A stretch of DNA of 64,000 nt. Origin: Cenarchaeum sp. Lineage in GTDB: Archaea > Thermoproteota > Nitrososphaeria > Nitrososphaerales > Nitrosopumilaceae. The notes under the pieces were generated by a model that was not told where the DNA came from, did no database searches, and saw only the letters and a list, made by a program, of their open reading frames with translations. Of this stretch, positions 1-11,100 are shown one piece after another. A program made the position numbers and the translations under genes. The stretch spans positions 512,001 to 576,000 of the forward strand of contig OZ243037.1 of NCBI GenBank assembly GCA_965212015.1. Reading direction: 5' to 3'. The stretch's first letter is position 1, and each line of letters begins with the position of its first letter.

Positions 1-3000
1 GACTGTAATGTCTATCATACTGCCAGAGACCTCTACTGATTCGACCTGGCCGCCGGAGCTTATGCCAAATACGGTAAAGTCAAACGAAGGATCGCCGGTC
101 TCAGATACCGGCTCTGACATTACAAGGCGGACCGTTCTTGCGTCCAGTACGGATGCGCTATCCACCTCCGGCGGTATCCTGTCTATTGTAATAGTATGCA
201 GTGACGATACGGTGTTTGGGTTTGTCGCATTGTCCATTGCAGCATTCGCCCGCACGGATACGGTTACGGTCCCCGTGTCTATACCGTGGGTTACATCAAA
301 GGTATAGGCGGTGGAATTTACCTCGACAAAGCCTGCCGGACGGGCAGTAGAGTCGGCTACTGTAATGTCTTCCTCATCAAAGCCGGTTACGGACTCGCTA
401 AATCCAACGGTATAGGTTATTTCGGCAGAGTTTGTCGGCGATGTCACGTCTGCGGTTATTTCCAGGGTCGGGGGTATGGTGTCTATCGTGCGGGCAATAG
501 TCTCCGATGCCTCACTGGGGTTTCCGACATAATCCGTTGCGGCGCCTTTGGGTATGGACACCGTCACATTCCCGTCTGTCGAGGCCACGACATCAAACGT
601 GAAAGAGCCGTCATTGTCGATGAAATTCTCAACTGCAGCGTCACCCGTCACGACGACTCCAGTACGGTTAAAGCCGATTACCGGCTCATCAAACGTAACG
701 GTAAACGGTATGGTACGGGAGTTTGTAAAATTAGCCGAGGCGGTGCTCAGGGTGGTTATGGGTGATGCGCCATCGGATATTAGCAGGTCTGGAAAGTTTG
801 CAAGCCGGTTTGTGGCCGGATCCTCGATGCTTCCCGTCGTCCTGGTATAGGAGACAGTCGGCGAGTCGTCATCCTCTATGGCGCCGGTCAGGTGCAGATC
901 CACTATTCTGCCAGAGACCGTAATCGATTCCACCATAGGATTTGTTGCCACCTTGGTTACGGTAAAGTCGACGGCAGTTGTGGAGTTATCAAGTACGGGT
1001 TCGGACATTTCAAGGCGGATTGTAGTGCGGTTTTCTAGATGGCCGTCAAACACTACAGGTGGCACCCTGTCGACCACGTGCACAAGCTCACTTGATGCTG
1101 TGTTTGGGGTTCCCTGCGCGTCAGTTACGGCACCCTCAGATATACTCACCGTCACCGTACCATTGTCTGTGCCGTGGGTTACCTCAAACGTAAAGACGGT
1201 GCTGGCATTGGTATTGACTCTAGTGACCGGATCACTGCCCTGCACAGAGATGCCTGCCTTGTCCAGCGGCTCGCCGTCTATTAATACGTCAATGTTGTTG
1301 GGCCCAAAAAAGATCACCTCGTGTCCGAATACCACATTATATGATATTGTCTCGCTGTTTGTAGGCGATCCCTCGTCCGTAGATAGGGTGGTGCCCAAAA
1401 GATCCGTTCCAATAAAGACCGTAATTCTATTTGATTCCTCGCTTTCATTTCCCTTAATATCCCGTGCGGCACCCTCTGATATCAAGACGGTAACGGGGCC
1501 GCTTGATCCTCCGTGGAGCACGTTAAATGTAAAGGTGTCAGTGCCGTCCTCAACGGGCTCAGTCACTATGGCAGTATCGGATCCGGTCACTGTAATGCCC
1601 GTACTGTTAAAGCCAGAGACGGGCTCATCAAATGTCACGATAAACGATGCGCCCTCTGGCATTATCTGCCCGACGGCCAGGGTCGGTATTGGCCGCGTGC
1701 CGTCTATGCCGTTAAAGATTGGACTGTCATCAAAGTTTTCAAGACGGTTTGTCGCAGGATCGTGTATCGTGCCTGTTGATGCCGCATAGGAGACTTGCGG
1801 TGCGTCGTCATCTGTTATGTTGCCATTCAGGTTCAGCGTTATCGTGTCAGTGCCAAACAATATGTCGAGGACTAGAATATTCGCATCCACGCCTGATACC
1901 GCAAAGTCCGTGTTCATTGTGCCGTTATCAAGTATGGGCTCGGAGAGCTCGAGGATGATTGTGTCACTATCCGGTACAGTGCCTCCTGTTACGGTCGGCT
2001 GCGTGATATCAAAAATAAACACGACTGTGTTTGATGTGAGGCTGTCGTTTCCGTCCTCGTCGTGCACGGCGCCCGAGGGTATGAGTACATGCACCTGCCC
2101 GTCGGACTTGTGAACCATGTTAAAGGCATAGTCGGTGACGTTAACCATCTCAAAGCTTGACTCATCTACTTCTGCGGATCCGAACACGGCAATGTCCGTG
2201 GCGTTAAAGTCGTCTACAGGCTCGTCGAATTGTACGGTAAACGGTATCGTGGATTGTTTGGTCAGATTTATCCCGCCGTTCGATACCGTCGGCATGGGTC
2301 CCGTGGTGTCACGGTCGTTTGTAACTGTACGGTTGATATGGGCAAGCGGGTTTGTCGCAGCATCGTTTATGCTTCCAAATCGTGTAGTATACGCGACTGT
2401 CGGGTCGTCCGTGTCGAGAATTTCCCCGTCTACTGTCAGGTCGATGGTAATGCCAGAGACAGATATAAAATCGACGTCGGCCTCGGATGCTATTCCGGAT
2501 ACACGAAAGTTGCCTACGGCATTGCCGTCCTCGAATATCGGCTCTGACATTACAAGGCGGATTGTATTGGAACCGGATACAAAGATCTTATCTGCCACCG
2601 GCGCTATCCTGTCTATCGTTGTTTTAATTTGATTTGATGCCGTACTGTTGTTTCCCGCAGCGTCCTGTGCAGCACCTGCGCGGACCGATACGGTTATGGG
2701 CCCCGCAGATATGCCGTGGGTTACATTAAACGTATAAGTATCACCGGATCCCGTAAAGCTCGCCGTGTTGTTTGTGGATCCGTCCACCATAATGGCATTC
2801 TCGTCAATGCCTAATACCGGCCCGTCAAATTCTACCTCGTATAGTATGTGTTCAAGGTTCGTCAGGGGCCCGACATCCGAGGTTATGGTGACCGTCGGAG
2901 CTACAGTATCCACCGCAAAGGCTATGGTCTCCGATGCTGTATTGCCGTTATCTGCCATGTCCCGTACGGCATCCTCCCGTATCGATACTGTCACATCACC

Positions 3001-6000
3001 GTCGGCGGTGGCAACCACATCAAACATGTACAGTATGTTGTCGTTTGTAGTGGGCGCATCGGCAGTCGCGGCACCCTCGATTATAATATCGTCTATACCA
3101 AAGTCGTCCACCCGCTCGCCAAAGGTCGCGTTAATCGGTATGGTTCGCAATTTCGTATCGCCTGATTCCGTGCTGGCAAGTGTTGCCGTCGGCGGTATGG
3201 TGTCAAATGTTATCTCTAGCCTGCTTGATGCTATATTCTGGTTTCCCGCCAGGTCTGTCGCCCTGTTTTCGGGTATGGACACTATGACATTGCCATCAGA
3301 GCCGTCGCGCTCCACATCAAAGGTATAGGTGGCATCATCCACTGTGACAAAGTTCGATGTTTCGGGATTACCGTTGTTTGCTAATCCCTCCACCATTATA
3401 TCCCCTTCAATAAAGCCGACCACGTCCATGTCAAACTCCACCATGTATGATACCGTTGGACTGTTCGTATGCGTGGAGCCCGGCTCGGATGTTATTGTTA
3501 ATGTGGGTACGGGTCTCGTGGTGTCAAGGTCGTTTGTGGCTATTTGGTCTGCAAAGTTTGCAAGTCGGTTTTCCGCAAGATCCTCTATACCGCCGGTCTC
3601 TGTATATGATATTGTGGGATTGTCCGCATCCGTTATGGAGTCGTCCAGGTTCAGCGTTATCGTGCTGCCGGCGATATTAATCGAGGAGACTGACGATGTG
3701 GATGCCACGCCAGATATGGTAAAGTCGGACGCCGCGCCACCGGATTCGTCGAGTGGTTCGGATATAGTCAATACTATTGTGTCAGTATCAAACACCGAGG
3801 CGCCAGTTACAGTCGGCGGCGTGGCATCTACTGCGATTTCAACTGGTGAGGATGCAAGGCTAAGATTATCATCCGCATCGCGCGCGGCACCCTCCAGTAT
3901 CGTAACGGTGACGGTCCCGTCGGATGCTCCGCGGGTGACGACAAATTCATAGTCTCTTTCGCTGCCCGTCGGTTCTGCCGCCGTGCCGCCGGAGGTTCCC
4001 GATACGTCAATTCCCGTGGCGTTAAATCTGGTTACCGGCTCGCTGAATTGTACTGCATATGTTATGGTCTGGGAGTTTGTGGGGTTCGATGATGTGGTGG
4101 TAAAGGAAGTTACCGTCGGCCTCGTGGTGTCTATATCGTTGGTGACTGGTTCATTTGCAAAGTCTGCAAGCGGGTTTTCCGCAGCATCTTCGATATCTAC
4201 TGTTCCGGTGTATGAGACTGCGGGATTGTCAGCATCCGTTATGAGGTCGTTTAGATCAAGGGTTACTGTACTGCCGGTGATGTCAATCGAGGCGACCGAC
4301 GGGCCTGATGCTACACCGTTTATGGTAAAGTCAGATGCCGCGCCGCCAGAGACGGGCTCGGATATCTCCAGTATAATGGTGTCAGTGTCAGATACCGAGG
4401 CGTCAGTTACGGTAGGTGGCGTGGCATCTATTGCGATTTCAACCGGTGTGGATGCAAGGCTAAGATTATCATCCGCATCGCGCGCGGCACCCTCCAGTAT
4501 CGTAACGGTGACGGTCCCGTCTGATGCTCCACGGGTGACGACAAATTCATAGTCTCTTTCGCTGCCCGTCGGTTCTGCCGCCGTGCCGCCGGAGGTTCCC
4601 GATACGCCGATTCCCGTGGCGTTAAATCTGGTTACCGGCTCGCTGAACTGTACGTTATACGTGATGGTCTGGGAGTTTGTGGGGTTAGATGATGTGGTGG
4701 TAAAGGCAGTTACCGTCGGCCTCGTGGTGTCAAGATTGTTGGCGACTGGTTCGTTTACAAAGTTTGCAAGCCGGTTTTCCACAGGATCCTCGATGCCGTC
4801 AGTTTCTGTATATGATACTGTGGGACTGTCCGCATCCGTTATGAGGCCGTTTAGATCAAGGGTTATCGTGCTGCCGTCGATAATAATTGAGGATACTGTC
4901 GGGTTTGTCGCCACACCAGATATGGTAAAGTCAGACGCTACACCGCCGGAGACGGGCTCGGAGATCACAAGCGTGATGGTGTCGGTGTCCAGTACGGATG
5001 CGCTATCCACCTCCGGCGGTATCCTGTCTATTGTAATAGTATGCAGTGACGATACGGTGTTTGGATTTGTCGCATTGTCCATTGTAGCGCCCGCCTCCAC
5101 GGATACGGTTATGGTCCCCGTGTCCATACCGTGGGTTACATCAAAGGTGTAGGCGGTGGAATTTACCTCGACAAAGCCTGCCGGGTCGTTTTCAGAGCCT
5201 GTCACGGCAATATCACCCTCATCAAAGCCGTTGACGGACTCGCTAAAGCGCACCGTGTAGGTTATCTTGGCAGAGTTTGTCGGAGATTCTACGTCCGCAG
5301 TTATCTCCAGAGTCGGCGAAAGCGTGTCTATTGTGACCGTAATCTCGTCTGATGCCACGCTTTCGTTTCCGGCATGGTCAGTTGCAGCACCGGCCGGTAT
5401 CTGTACGGTCAGTTCCCCGTCTGTCGAGGCCACGACATTAAACGTGTAGGAATCATCACCGTTATCATTAAAGGCATCAATTTCGGCAGTCGCAGATCCT
5501 GTCACGGTGATTCCCGTACGGTTAAAGCCAGTTACCGGCTCGTCAAACTGTACTGTAAACGGTATGGTACGGGAGTTTGTAAAATTAGCCGAGGTGGTGC
5601 TCAGGGTGGTTATGGGCGATGCGCCATCGGATATCAGCAGGTCTTCAAAGTTTCCAAGCCGGTTTGTAGCCAGATCCTCGATGCTTCCATCTGTTCTGGT
5701 ATAGGCGACCGTCGGCGAGTCGGTATCAATTATGATTTTACTCAGGTGCAGATCCACTATTCTGCCAGAGACCGTAATCGATTCGACTGTAGGCTCCGAT
5801 ACCACGCCGGAGATGGCAAAGTCGTTGGCGGCCGCGGATCTGTCAAAGACGGGCTCGGACATTTCAAGGCGGATTGTAGTGCTGTTTTGTTCATAACTGT
5901 CAAATACGGCAGGTGGCACCCTGTCGACCGTATGTACAAGCTTGTTTGATTCTGTGTTCGGGGTTCCCTGCGCGTCAGTTACGGTACCGTTGGATATACT

Positions 6001-7845
6001 CACCGTCACCGTACCATTGTTTGTGCCGTGGGTTACCTCAAACGTAAAGACGGTGCTGGCATTGGTATTGACTCTAGTGACCGGATCACTGCCCTGCACA
6101 GAGATGCCTGCCTTGTCCAGTGGCTCGCCGTCTATTAATACGTCAATGTTGTTGGGCCCAAAAAAGATCACCTCGTGTCCAAATACCACATTGTATGATA
6201 TTGTCTCGCTGTTTGTAGGCGATCCCTCGTCCGTAGATAGAGTGGTGCCCAAAAGATCCGTTCCAATAAAGACCGTAATTCTATTTGATTCCTCGCTTTC
6301 ATTTCCCTTAATATCACGTGCGGCACCCTCGGATATTGAGACGGTAACGGGGCCGCTTGATCCTCCGTGGAGCACGTTAAATGTAAAGGTGTCAGTGCCG
6401 TCCTCAACGGGCTCGGTCACTATAGTAGTATCGGATCCGGTCACTGTAATGCCCGTACTGTTAAAGCCAGAGACGGGCTCATCAAATGTCACGATAAACG
6501 ATGCGCCCTCTGGCGTTATCTGCCCGACGGCCAGGGTCGGTATTGGCCGCGTGCCGTCTATGCCGTTAAAGATTGGACTGTTATCAAAGTTCGCAAGCCG
6601 GTTTGTCGCAGGATCGTGTATCGTGCCTGTTGATGCCGCATAGGAGACTTGCGGTGCGTCGTCATCTGTTATGTTGCCATTCAGGTTCAGCGTTATCGTG
6701 TCAGTGCCAAACAATATGTCGAGGACTTCAATATTCGCACCCACGCCTGATACCGTAAAGTCCGCGTTCACTGTGCCGTTATCAAGTATGGGCTCGGAGA
6801 GCTCGAGGATGATTGTGTCACTATCCGGTACAGTGCCTCCTGTTACGGTCGGCTGCGTGATATCAAAAATAAACACGACTGTGTTTGATGTGAGGCTGTC
6901 GTTTCCGTCCTCGTCGTGCACGGCGCCCGAGGGTATGAGTACATGCACCTGCCCGTCGGACTTGTGAACCATGTTAAAGGCATAGTCGGTGGTGTTAACC
7001 ATCTCAAAGCTTGACTCATCTACTTCTGCGGATCCGAACACGGCAATGTCCGTGGCGTTAAAGTCGTCTACAGGCTCGTCGAATTGTACGGTAAACGGTA
7101 TCGTGGATTGTTTGGTCAGATTTATGTTGCCGTTCGACACCGTCGGCATGGGTCCCGTGGTGTCACGGTCGTTTGTAACTGTACGGTTGATATGGGCAAG
7201 CGGGTTTGTCGCAGCATCGTTTATGCTTCCAAATTGTGTAGTATACGCGACTGTCGGGTCGTCCGTGTCGAGAATTTCCCCGTCGACTGTCAGCTCGATG
7301 GTATTATCAGAGACAGATATAAAATCGACGTCGGCCTCGGATGCTATTCCGGATACGCGAAAGTTGCCTACGGCATTGCCGGCCTCAGATACCGGCTCGG
7401 ACATTACAAGGCGGATTGTACTGGAGCCGGATACAAAGATCTCATTTGCCACCGGCGCTATCCTGTCTATTGTAATCTCGTGCAGTTCCGATTCTGCACT
7501 TGCAATTCCCCCAACTGTTGTGGTGCCCCCGCGTATGAGCACCGTCACCGCACCCTCGTCTATTCCGTGGGACACCTCAAAGGTATAGGTTGTGACATTG
7601 ACCATGGTGAGGTGCGGCTCATCCACCAGTGTGCCGTTCGCCGTTATTACAATATCACCGGTGCTAAAGTCCGATACCATCCCGCCAAATTGTACCGTGT
7701 ATAATATGCCCTCAGAGTTCGTCGGCGAGGTCACGTTGGCAGATATCACCGGAGCAGATCCGGGCGCCTGCGCAAACGCGAAACCGGCGGATAACATGAT
7801 CACTACACCATACAATAAAATTGGGGCATACCACTGCGCTTTCAT
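1..7845 (-). CDS. Giant secreted Ig-like/SwmB-like repeat surface protein (3' end runs off the window, >2615 aa)
   Basis: Absent from the ORF track because it has no stop in the window. ATG at 7845 gives MKAQWYAPILLYGVVIMLSAGFAFAQ (signal peptide), then TSPTNS..YTVQF, DRIAP and NPLA repeats like those of 8143-23649. The frame is still open at position 1 (..VSGSMIDITV). Confidence 0.9.
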   Translation of the reverse strand, partial: MKAQWYAPILLYGVVIMLSAGFAFAQAPGSAPVISANVTSPTNSEGILYTVQFGGMVSDFSTGDIVITANGTLVDEPHLTMVNVTTYTFEVSHGIDEGAVTVLIRGGTTTVGGIASAESELHEITIDRIAPVANEIFVSGSSTIRLVMSEPVSEAGNAVGNFRVSGIASEADVDFISVSDNTIELTVDGEILDTDDPTVAYTTQFGSINDAATNPLAHINRTVTNDRDTTGPMPTVSNGNINLTKQSTIPFTVQFDEPVDDFNATDIAVFGSAEVDESSFEMVNTTDYAFNMVHKSDGQVHVLIPSGAVHDEDGNDSLTSNTVVFIFDITQPTVTGGTVPDSDTIILELSEPILDNGTVNADFTVSGVGANIEVLDILFGTDTITLNLNGNITDDDAPQVSYAASTGTIHDPATNRLANFDNSPIFNGIDGTRPIPTLAVGQITPEGASFIVTFDEPVSGFNSTGITVTGSDTTIVTEPVEDGTDTFTFNVLHGGSSGPVTVSISEGAARDIKGNESEESNRITVFIGTDLLGTTLSTDEGSPTNSETISYNVVFGHEVIFFGPNNIDVLIDGEPLDKAGISVQGSDPVTRVNTNASTVFTFEVTHGTNNGTVTVSISNGTVTDAQGTPNTESNKLVHTVDRVPPAVFDSYEQNSTTIRLEMSEPVFDRSAAANDFAISGVVSEPTVESITVSGRIVDLHLSKIIIDTDSPTVAYTRTDGSIEDLATNRLGNFEDLLISDGASPITTLSTTSANFTNSRTIPFTVQFDEPVTGFNRTGITVTGSATAEIDAFNDNGDDSYTFNVVASTDGELTVQIPAGAATDHAGNESVASDEITVTIDTLSPTLEITADVESPTNSAKITYTVRFSESVNGFDEGDIAVTGSENDPAGFVEVNSTAYTFDVTHGMDTGTITVSVEAGATMDNATNPNTVSSLHTITIDRIPPEVDSASVLDTDTITLVISEPVSGGVASDFTISGVATNPTVSSIIIDGSTITLDLNGLITDADSPTVSYTETDGIEDPVENRLANFVNEPVANNLDTTRPTVTAFTTTSSNPTNSQTITYNVQFSEPVTRFNATGIGVSGTSGGTAAEPTGSERDYEFVVTRGASDGTVTVTILEGAARDADDNLSLASTPVEIAIDATPPTVTDASVSDTDTIILEISEPVSGGAASDFTINGVASGPSVASIDITGSTVTLDLNDLITDADNPAVSYTGTVDIEDAAENPLADFANEPVTNDIDTTRPTVTSFTTTSSNPTNSQTITYAVQFSEPVTRFNATGIDVSGTSGGTAAEPTGSERDYEFVVTRGASDGTVTVTILEGAARDADDNLSLASSPVEIAVDATPPTVTGASVFDTDTIVLTISEPLDESGGAASDFTISGVASTSSVSSINIAGSTITLNLDDSITDADNPTISYTETGGIEDLAENRLANFADQIATNDLDTTRPVPTLTITSEPGSTHTNSPTVSYMVEFDMDVVGFIEGDIMVEGLANNGNPETSNFVTVDDATYTFDVERDGSDGNVIVSIPENRATDLAGNQNIASSRLEITFDTIPPTATLASTESGDTKLRTIPINATFGERVDDFGIDDIIIEGAATADAPTTNDNILYMFDVVATADGDVTVSIREDAVRDMADNGNTASETIAFAVDTVAPTVTITSDVGPLTNLEHILYEVEFDGPVLGIDENAIMVDGSTNNTASFTGSGDTYTFNVTHGISAGPITVSVRAGAAQDAAGNNSTASNQIKTTIDRIAPVADKIFVSGSNTIRLVMSEPIFEDGNAVGNFRVSGIASEADVDFISVSGITIDLTVDGEILDTDDPTVAYTTRFGSINDAATNPLAHINRTVTNDRDTTGPMPTVSNGGINLTKQSTIPFTVQFDEPVDDFNATDIAVFGSAEVDESSFEMVNVTDYAFNMVHKSDGQVHVLIPSGAVHDEDGNDSLTSNTVVFIFDITQPTVTGGTVPDSDTIILELSEPILDNGTMNTDFAVSGVDANILVLDILFGTDTITLNLNGNITDDDAPQVSYAASTGTIHDPATNRLENFDDSPIFNGIDGTRPIPTLAVGQIMPEGASFIVTFDEPVSGFNSTGITVTGSDTAIVTEPVEDGTDTFTFNVLHGGSSGPVTVLISEGAARDIKGNESEESNRITVFIGTDLLGTTLSTDEGSPTNSETISYNVVFGHEVIFFGPNNIDVLIDGEPLDKAGISVQGSDPVTRVNTNASTVFTFEVTHGTDNGTVTVSISEGAVTDAQGTPNTASSELVHVVDRVPPVVFDGHLENRTTIRLEMSEPVLDNSTTAVDFTVTKVATNPMVESITVSGRIVDLHLTGAIEDDDSPTVSYTRTTGSIEDPATNRLANFPDLLISDGASPITTLSTASANFTNSRTIPFTVTFDEPVIGFNRTGVVVTGDAAVENFIDNDGSFTFDVVASTDGNVTVSIPKGAATDYVGNPSEASETIARTIDTIPPTLEITADVTSPTNSAEITYTVGFSESVTGFDEEDITVADSTARPAGFVEVNSTAYTFDVTHGIDTGTVTVSVRANAAMDNATNPNTVSSLHTITIDRIPPEVDSASVLDARTVRLVMSEPVSETGDPSFDFTVFGISSGGQVESVEVSGSMIDITV
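140..7465. repeat. ~2.4-2.5 kb intragenic duplication (~140-2610 vs ~4985-7465, offset ~4.85 kb)
   Basis: Long near-identical stretches, e.g. 1141 vs 5995 and 2113 vs 6967 (offset 4854). The antisense ORFs 878/5942, 1817/6671 and 2135/6989 are near-identical pairs. Confidence 0.9.
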
Positions 7846-7878
7846 ACGAATTTTCTACCCAGCACCTCCTATTTTAGG
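7846..7878 (-). promoter_or_regulatory. Putative promoter/leader of giant gene 1
   Basis: Minus strand reads CTAAAATA-GGAGGTGCTGGG-TAGAAAATTCGT-ATG, homologous to the leader of the 5168-aa gene. Confidence 0.5.
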
Positions 7879-8142
7879 CAATTGGGCAGGACAGACAGGA
7901 ATGTCGCATAGCGAGGCGTGAAAATTTGTAAATTGCCAGGATCCGGCAATTCTGGCCGGAAAATCATACGGCCACAGGGCTTTGCCGTATGCTCTGCCGG
8001 ACATCATGAAATAACTGCCGTACCAGGTAAAACCTCACACTTGCAATGCAGTGTTTGATCGGCAGTCCGGATCGCAAGGATCGTTCCCCGGCGGATCGGC
8101 CTTTTGCCCGATACCGCGCACGGCCGGAAAAATCCCGCCGCA

Positions 8143-11100
8143 TTATGGCACCTGAGAACGTGTCGCATCTGCGCCGAATACTATAATGGTCTCATTCAGC
8201 TCGTCAAACGCCGGTTCCGTATAGATTTTCCCGTACAGGGCGTCGCGGAGCCGCTCCATGTTAGTCGTGTGCCAGTCGAGCTTTTCTGAAAATGCGTCGC
8301 ACAGTCTGTTCTCAATGTCCCTGCACGATGACACCATGCTCGGAGTCGGCCTGTCCACATAGCGCCACGTGTCCCACTCGTTCTTGGTCCATGTGTCGCC
8401 GAACTGGTCAGTCCAGACATCGGATAGCTTGTCAGTCCTGGTCAGCTGTATTACCAAGGGTTCTGACTGGGAGGCGCTTTTCGTGCTGCGCGTCACTACC
8501 GGCAGCTCGTTGAGCGTCTCGCCCTGCACCAGGATTCCCTCGTTGAGATAGTTTATCGTTCCGCGCAGCTTGTAGTCAGTTGCGTGTATGGCAAACGGCA
8601 CGTGGTACATTTCCTCGCGGAACAGTACGCCCGTTATGTCAAGCCGTATGCAGTCAAGCTCGGGATCTGCTGGCAGGCACCTTACCTGTGACACTGCAAA
8701 TGTGGCGTTCTGGCCTATTACATTGTTCTTGTTCGCATAGCTAATCTTGTCTATAGAATGGGTGGATGGTTCCGTGTAATTGCGCACCAAATCTATTGTG
8801 ATTACTGCCTCTGCATTGTTTATCGGCGCGCCAATGTCCGGCACGCCAAAGGCCAGCTCGAACTGCTTTACGCCCCGCTGTGCGTACGTCTTTAGCGCAA
8901 AGTCGTGGGTGGAGTTTGTCTGGATTGTCTGCCTGGTATAGTTTACGTGGTAATCCAGCACGTCTGTGCACCGCCCGTCAATTGAATATCCGCAGGAGAC
9001 TATCGGGTCGCCTGTAATGTGCGAGCTTCCAAAGGTGGGCTTTGTGCGCCATCCGGGGTCGCCGGTCCGGTCAGAAAAGCCGTCATTGGTCACGGCAAGG
9101 TCTGCAAAGTCCGCAAGTGGGTTTGTCGCCCTGTCATTTATGTTTCCTGACGTCTGCACGTACGAGACTGTCGGCAGGTCGGACTCTTCTATTATACCGT
9201 CCAGGAACAGGTTCATCCTGCTGCCGGATACGGATATCGAGGATACCGCCGGGCCTGATGCCACGCCGGATATGGTAAAGTCAGACGCCGCCGCACTGTC
9301 ATCAGATACCGGCTCTGACATTGCAAGGCGGATGACAGAGGTGCCCGTCACCCTGCCGCCAGTTGCGGCAGGCGCGACCGTATCAAACGTAATGGTCACG
9401 GGAATCGATGCCGCATTGGGGTTTCCCGCAGCATCAGTTGCCACGTTCCCGGGTATCTGCACGCGTACTGTGCCATCTGAGCTGCCGCGAACCACCTCAA
9501 AGGTATAGGCGGTGGAATTTACCGCCTCAAAGCCCGATGCCTCCGGATTGCGGCCGTTTGCGGTGCCGCCCACGTTAATTCCCGTGGCGTTAAAGCCGTT
9601 TACCTGCATGTCAAAGACCACGGTATACAGGATGGCCGGGCCGTTGGTAAACGAGGTGGCATTGGCAGTTATTATCGGAAGCGGCCTGTCGGTGTCGATG
9701 GTAATGGTGATTGTATTTGATGCCGTATTGTTGTTTCCCGCAAAGTCTTGTGCAATGTTTGCCGGTATGGACACCGTTATGGTGCCCCCGGAGCTGCGGC
9801 GGTTTACATCAAAGGTATAGCTTGCACCTGTACCCTCAAAGGCGTCGATTCTCGCACTGGCAGTTCCCCCGAGCACAATGTCATCCTCATCAAAGCCCCT
9901 CACGTCCATGTCAAACACTACCATAAAGGGCAGTCTTACGGCAGAGGTGACAAGCGAGGCGGTAGTGGACAGGGTGGGCTCAGGCGGCGTGGTGTCTAAA
10001 TCGTTGGTGGCTGTTTGGCCTGCAAAGTCCGCAAGCGGGTTTTCCGCCAGATCCTCGATGGCTGCGGTTCCCGTATAGGATATTACGGGATTGTCTGCAT
10101 CCGTTATGGAGTCGTCCAGGTTCAGGGTTATTGTGCTGCCGGCAATGTCAATCGATGAGACTGCCGGGTTTGTCGCCACACCGGTTATGGCAAAGTCAGA
10201 TGCCGCGCCGCCGGATTCGGAGAGTAACTCGGATATGGTCAGTATAATGGTGTCAGTGTCAAGTACGGTGGCGTCAGTTACAGTCGGCGCTATCCTGTCG
10301 AGCGTATGTACGAGCGTGTCAGACGCGTCATTTGTATTTTCGGCGCCGTCCATTACGGAATTTTCCAGTATTGACACCATTAGTTCGCCCTCTAATACCC
10401 CATGTGTCACGCCAAAGGTATAGGTGTCACCTGCACCCGGGACGGGCTCTGGCGCCGTCAGGGGGGTGCCGTCTATTAACACGCGGATGTCGTTCCCATC
10501 AAAGCCGCTCACAGACTCGCCAAAGTCCACCGTGTATGGTATGGTCGCAAGGTTGGTGGGCGAGTCAATATCGGTGGAGAGATCCGCGCGCACGCGGCCC
10601 GTATCGACTGTGAGGGTTATCATGCCGGATGCGGCATTGCCGTTATTCGCCATGTCCCGTGCGGCGTTCTCCCGTATCGATACGGTTACCGGCCCGTCGG
10701 ATGTGGCAACTAGATCAAACTCGTAAAGGATCTCATCGCTTGTGGTGGGCTGCCGGGCCGTTGCGGCACCCTCGATTATAATGTCGTTTCTGTCAAATCC
10801 GCGCACCACCTCGTCGAATCGCACGGTAAACGGTATGGTTCGCAATTTCGTATCGCCTGATTCCGTGCTGGCAAACATCAGTGTAGGCGATACGGTGTCA
10901 AATGTTATCTCTAGGCGGTCAGATGCGACGTTCTGGTTTCCCGCCATGTCCGTTGCCCTGTTTTCGGGTATGGACACTATTACGTTGCCATCAGAGCCGT
11001 CGCGCTCCACATCAAAGGTATAGGTGGCATCATCCACTGTGACAAAGTTCGATGTCTCGGGATTGCCGTTGTTTGCGGATCCCTCCACCATTATATCCCC

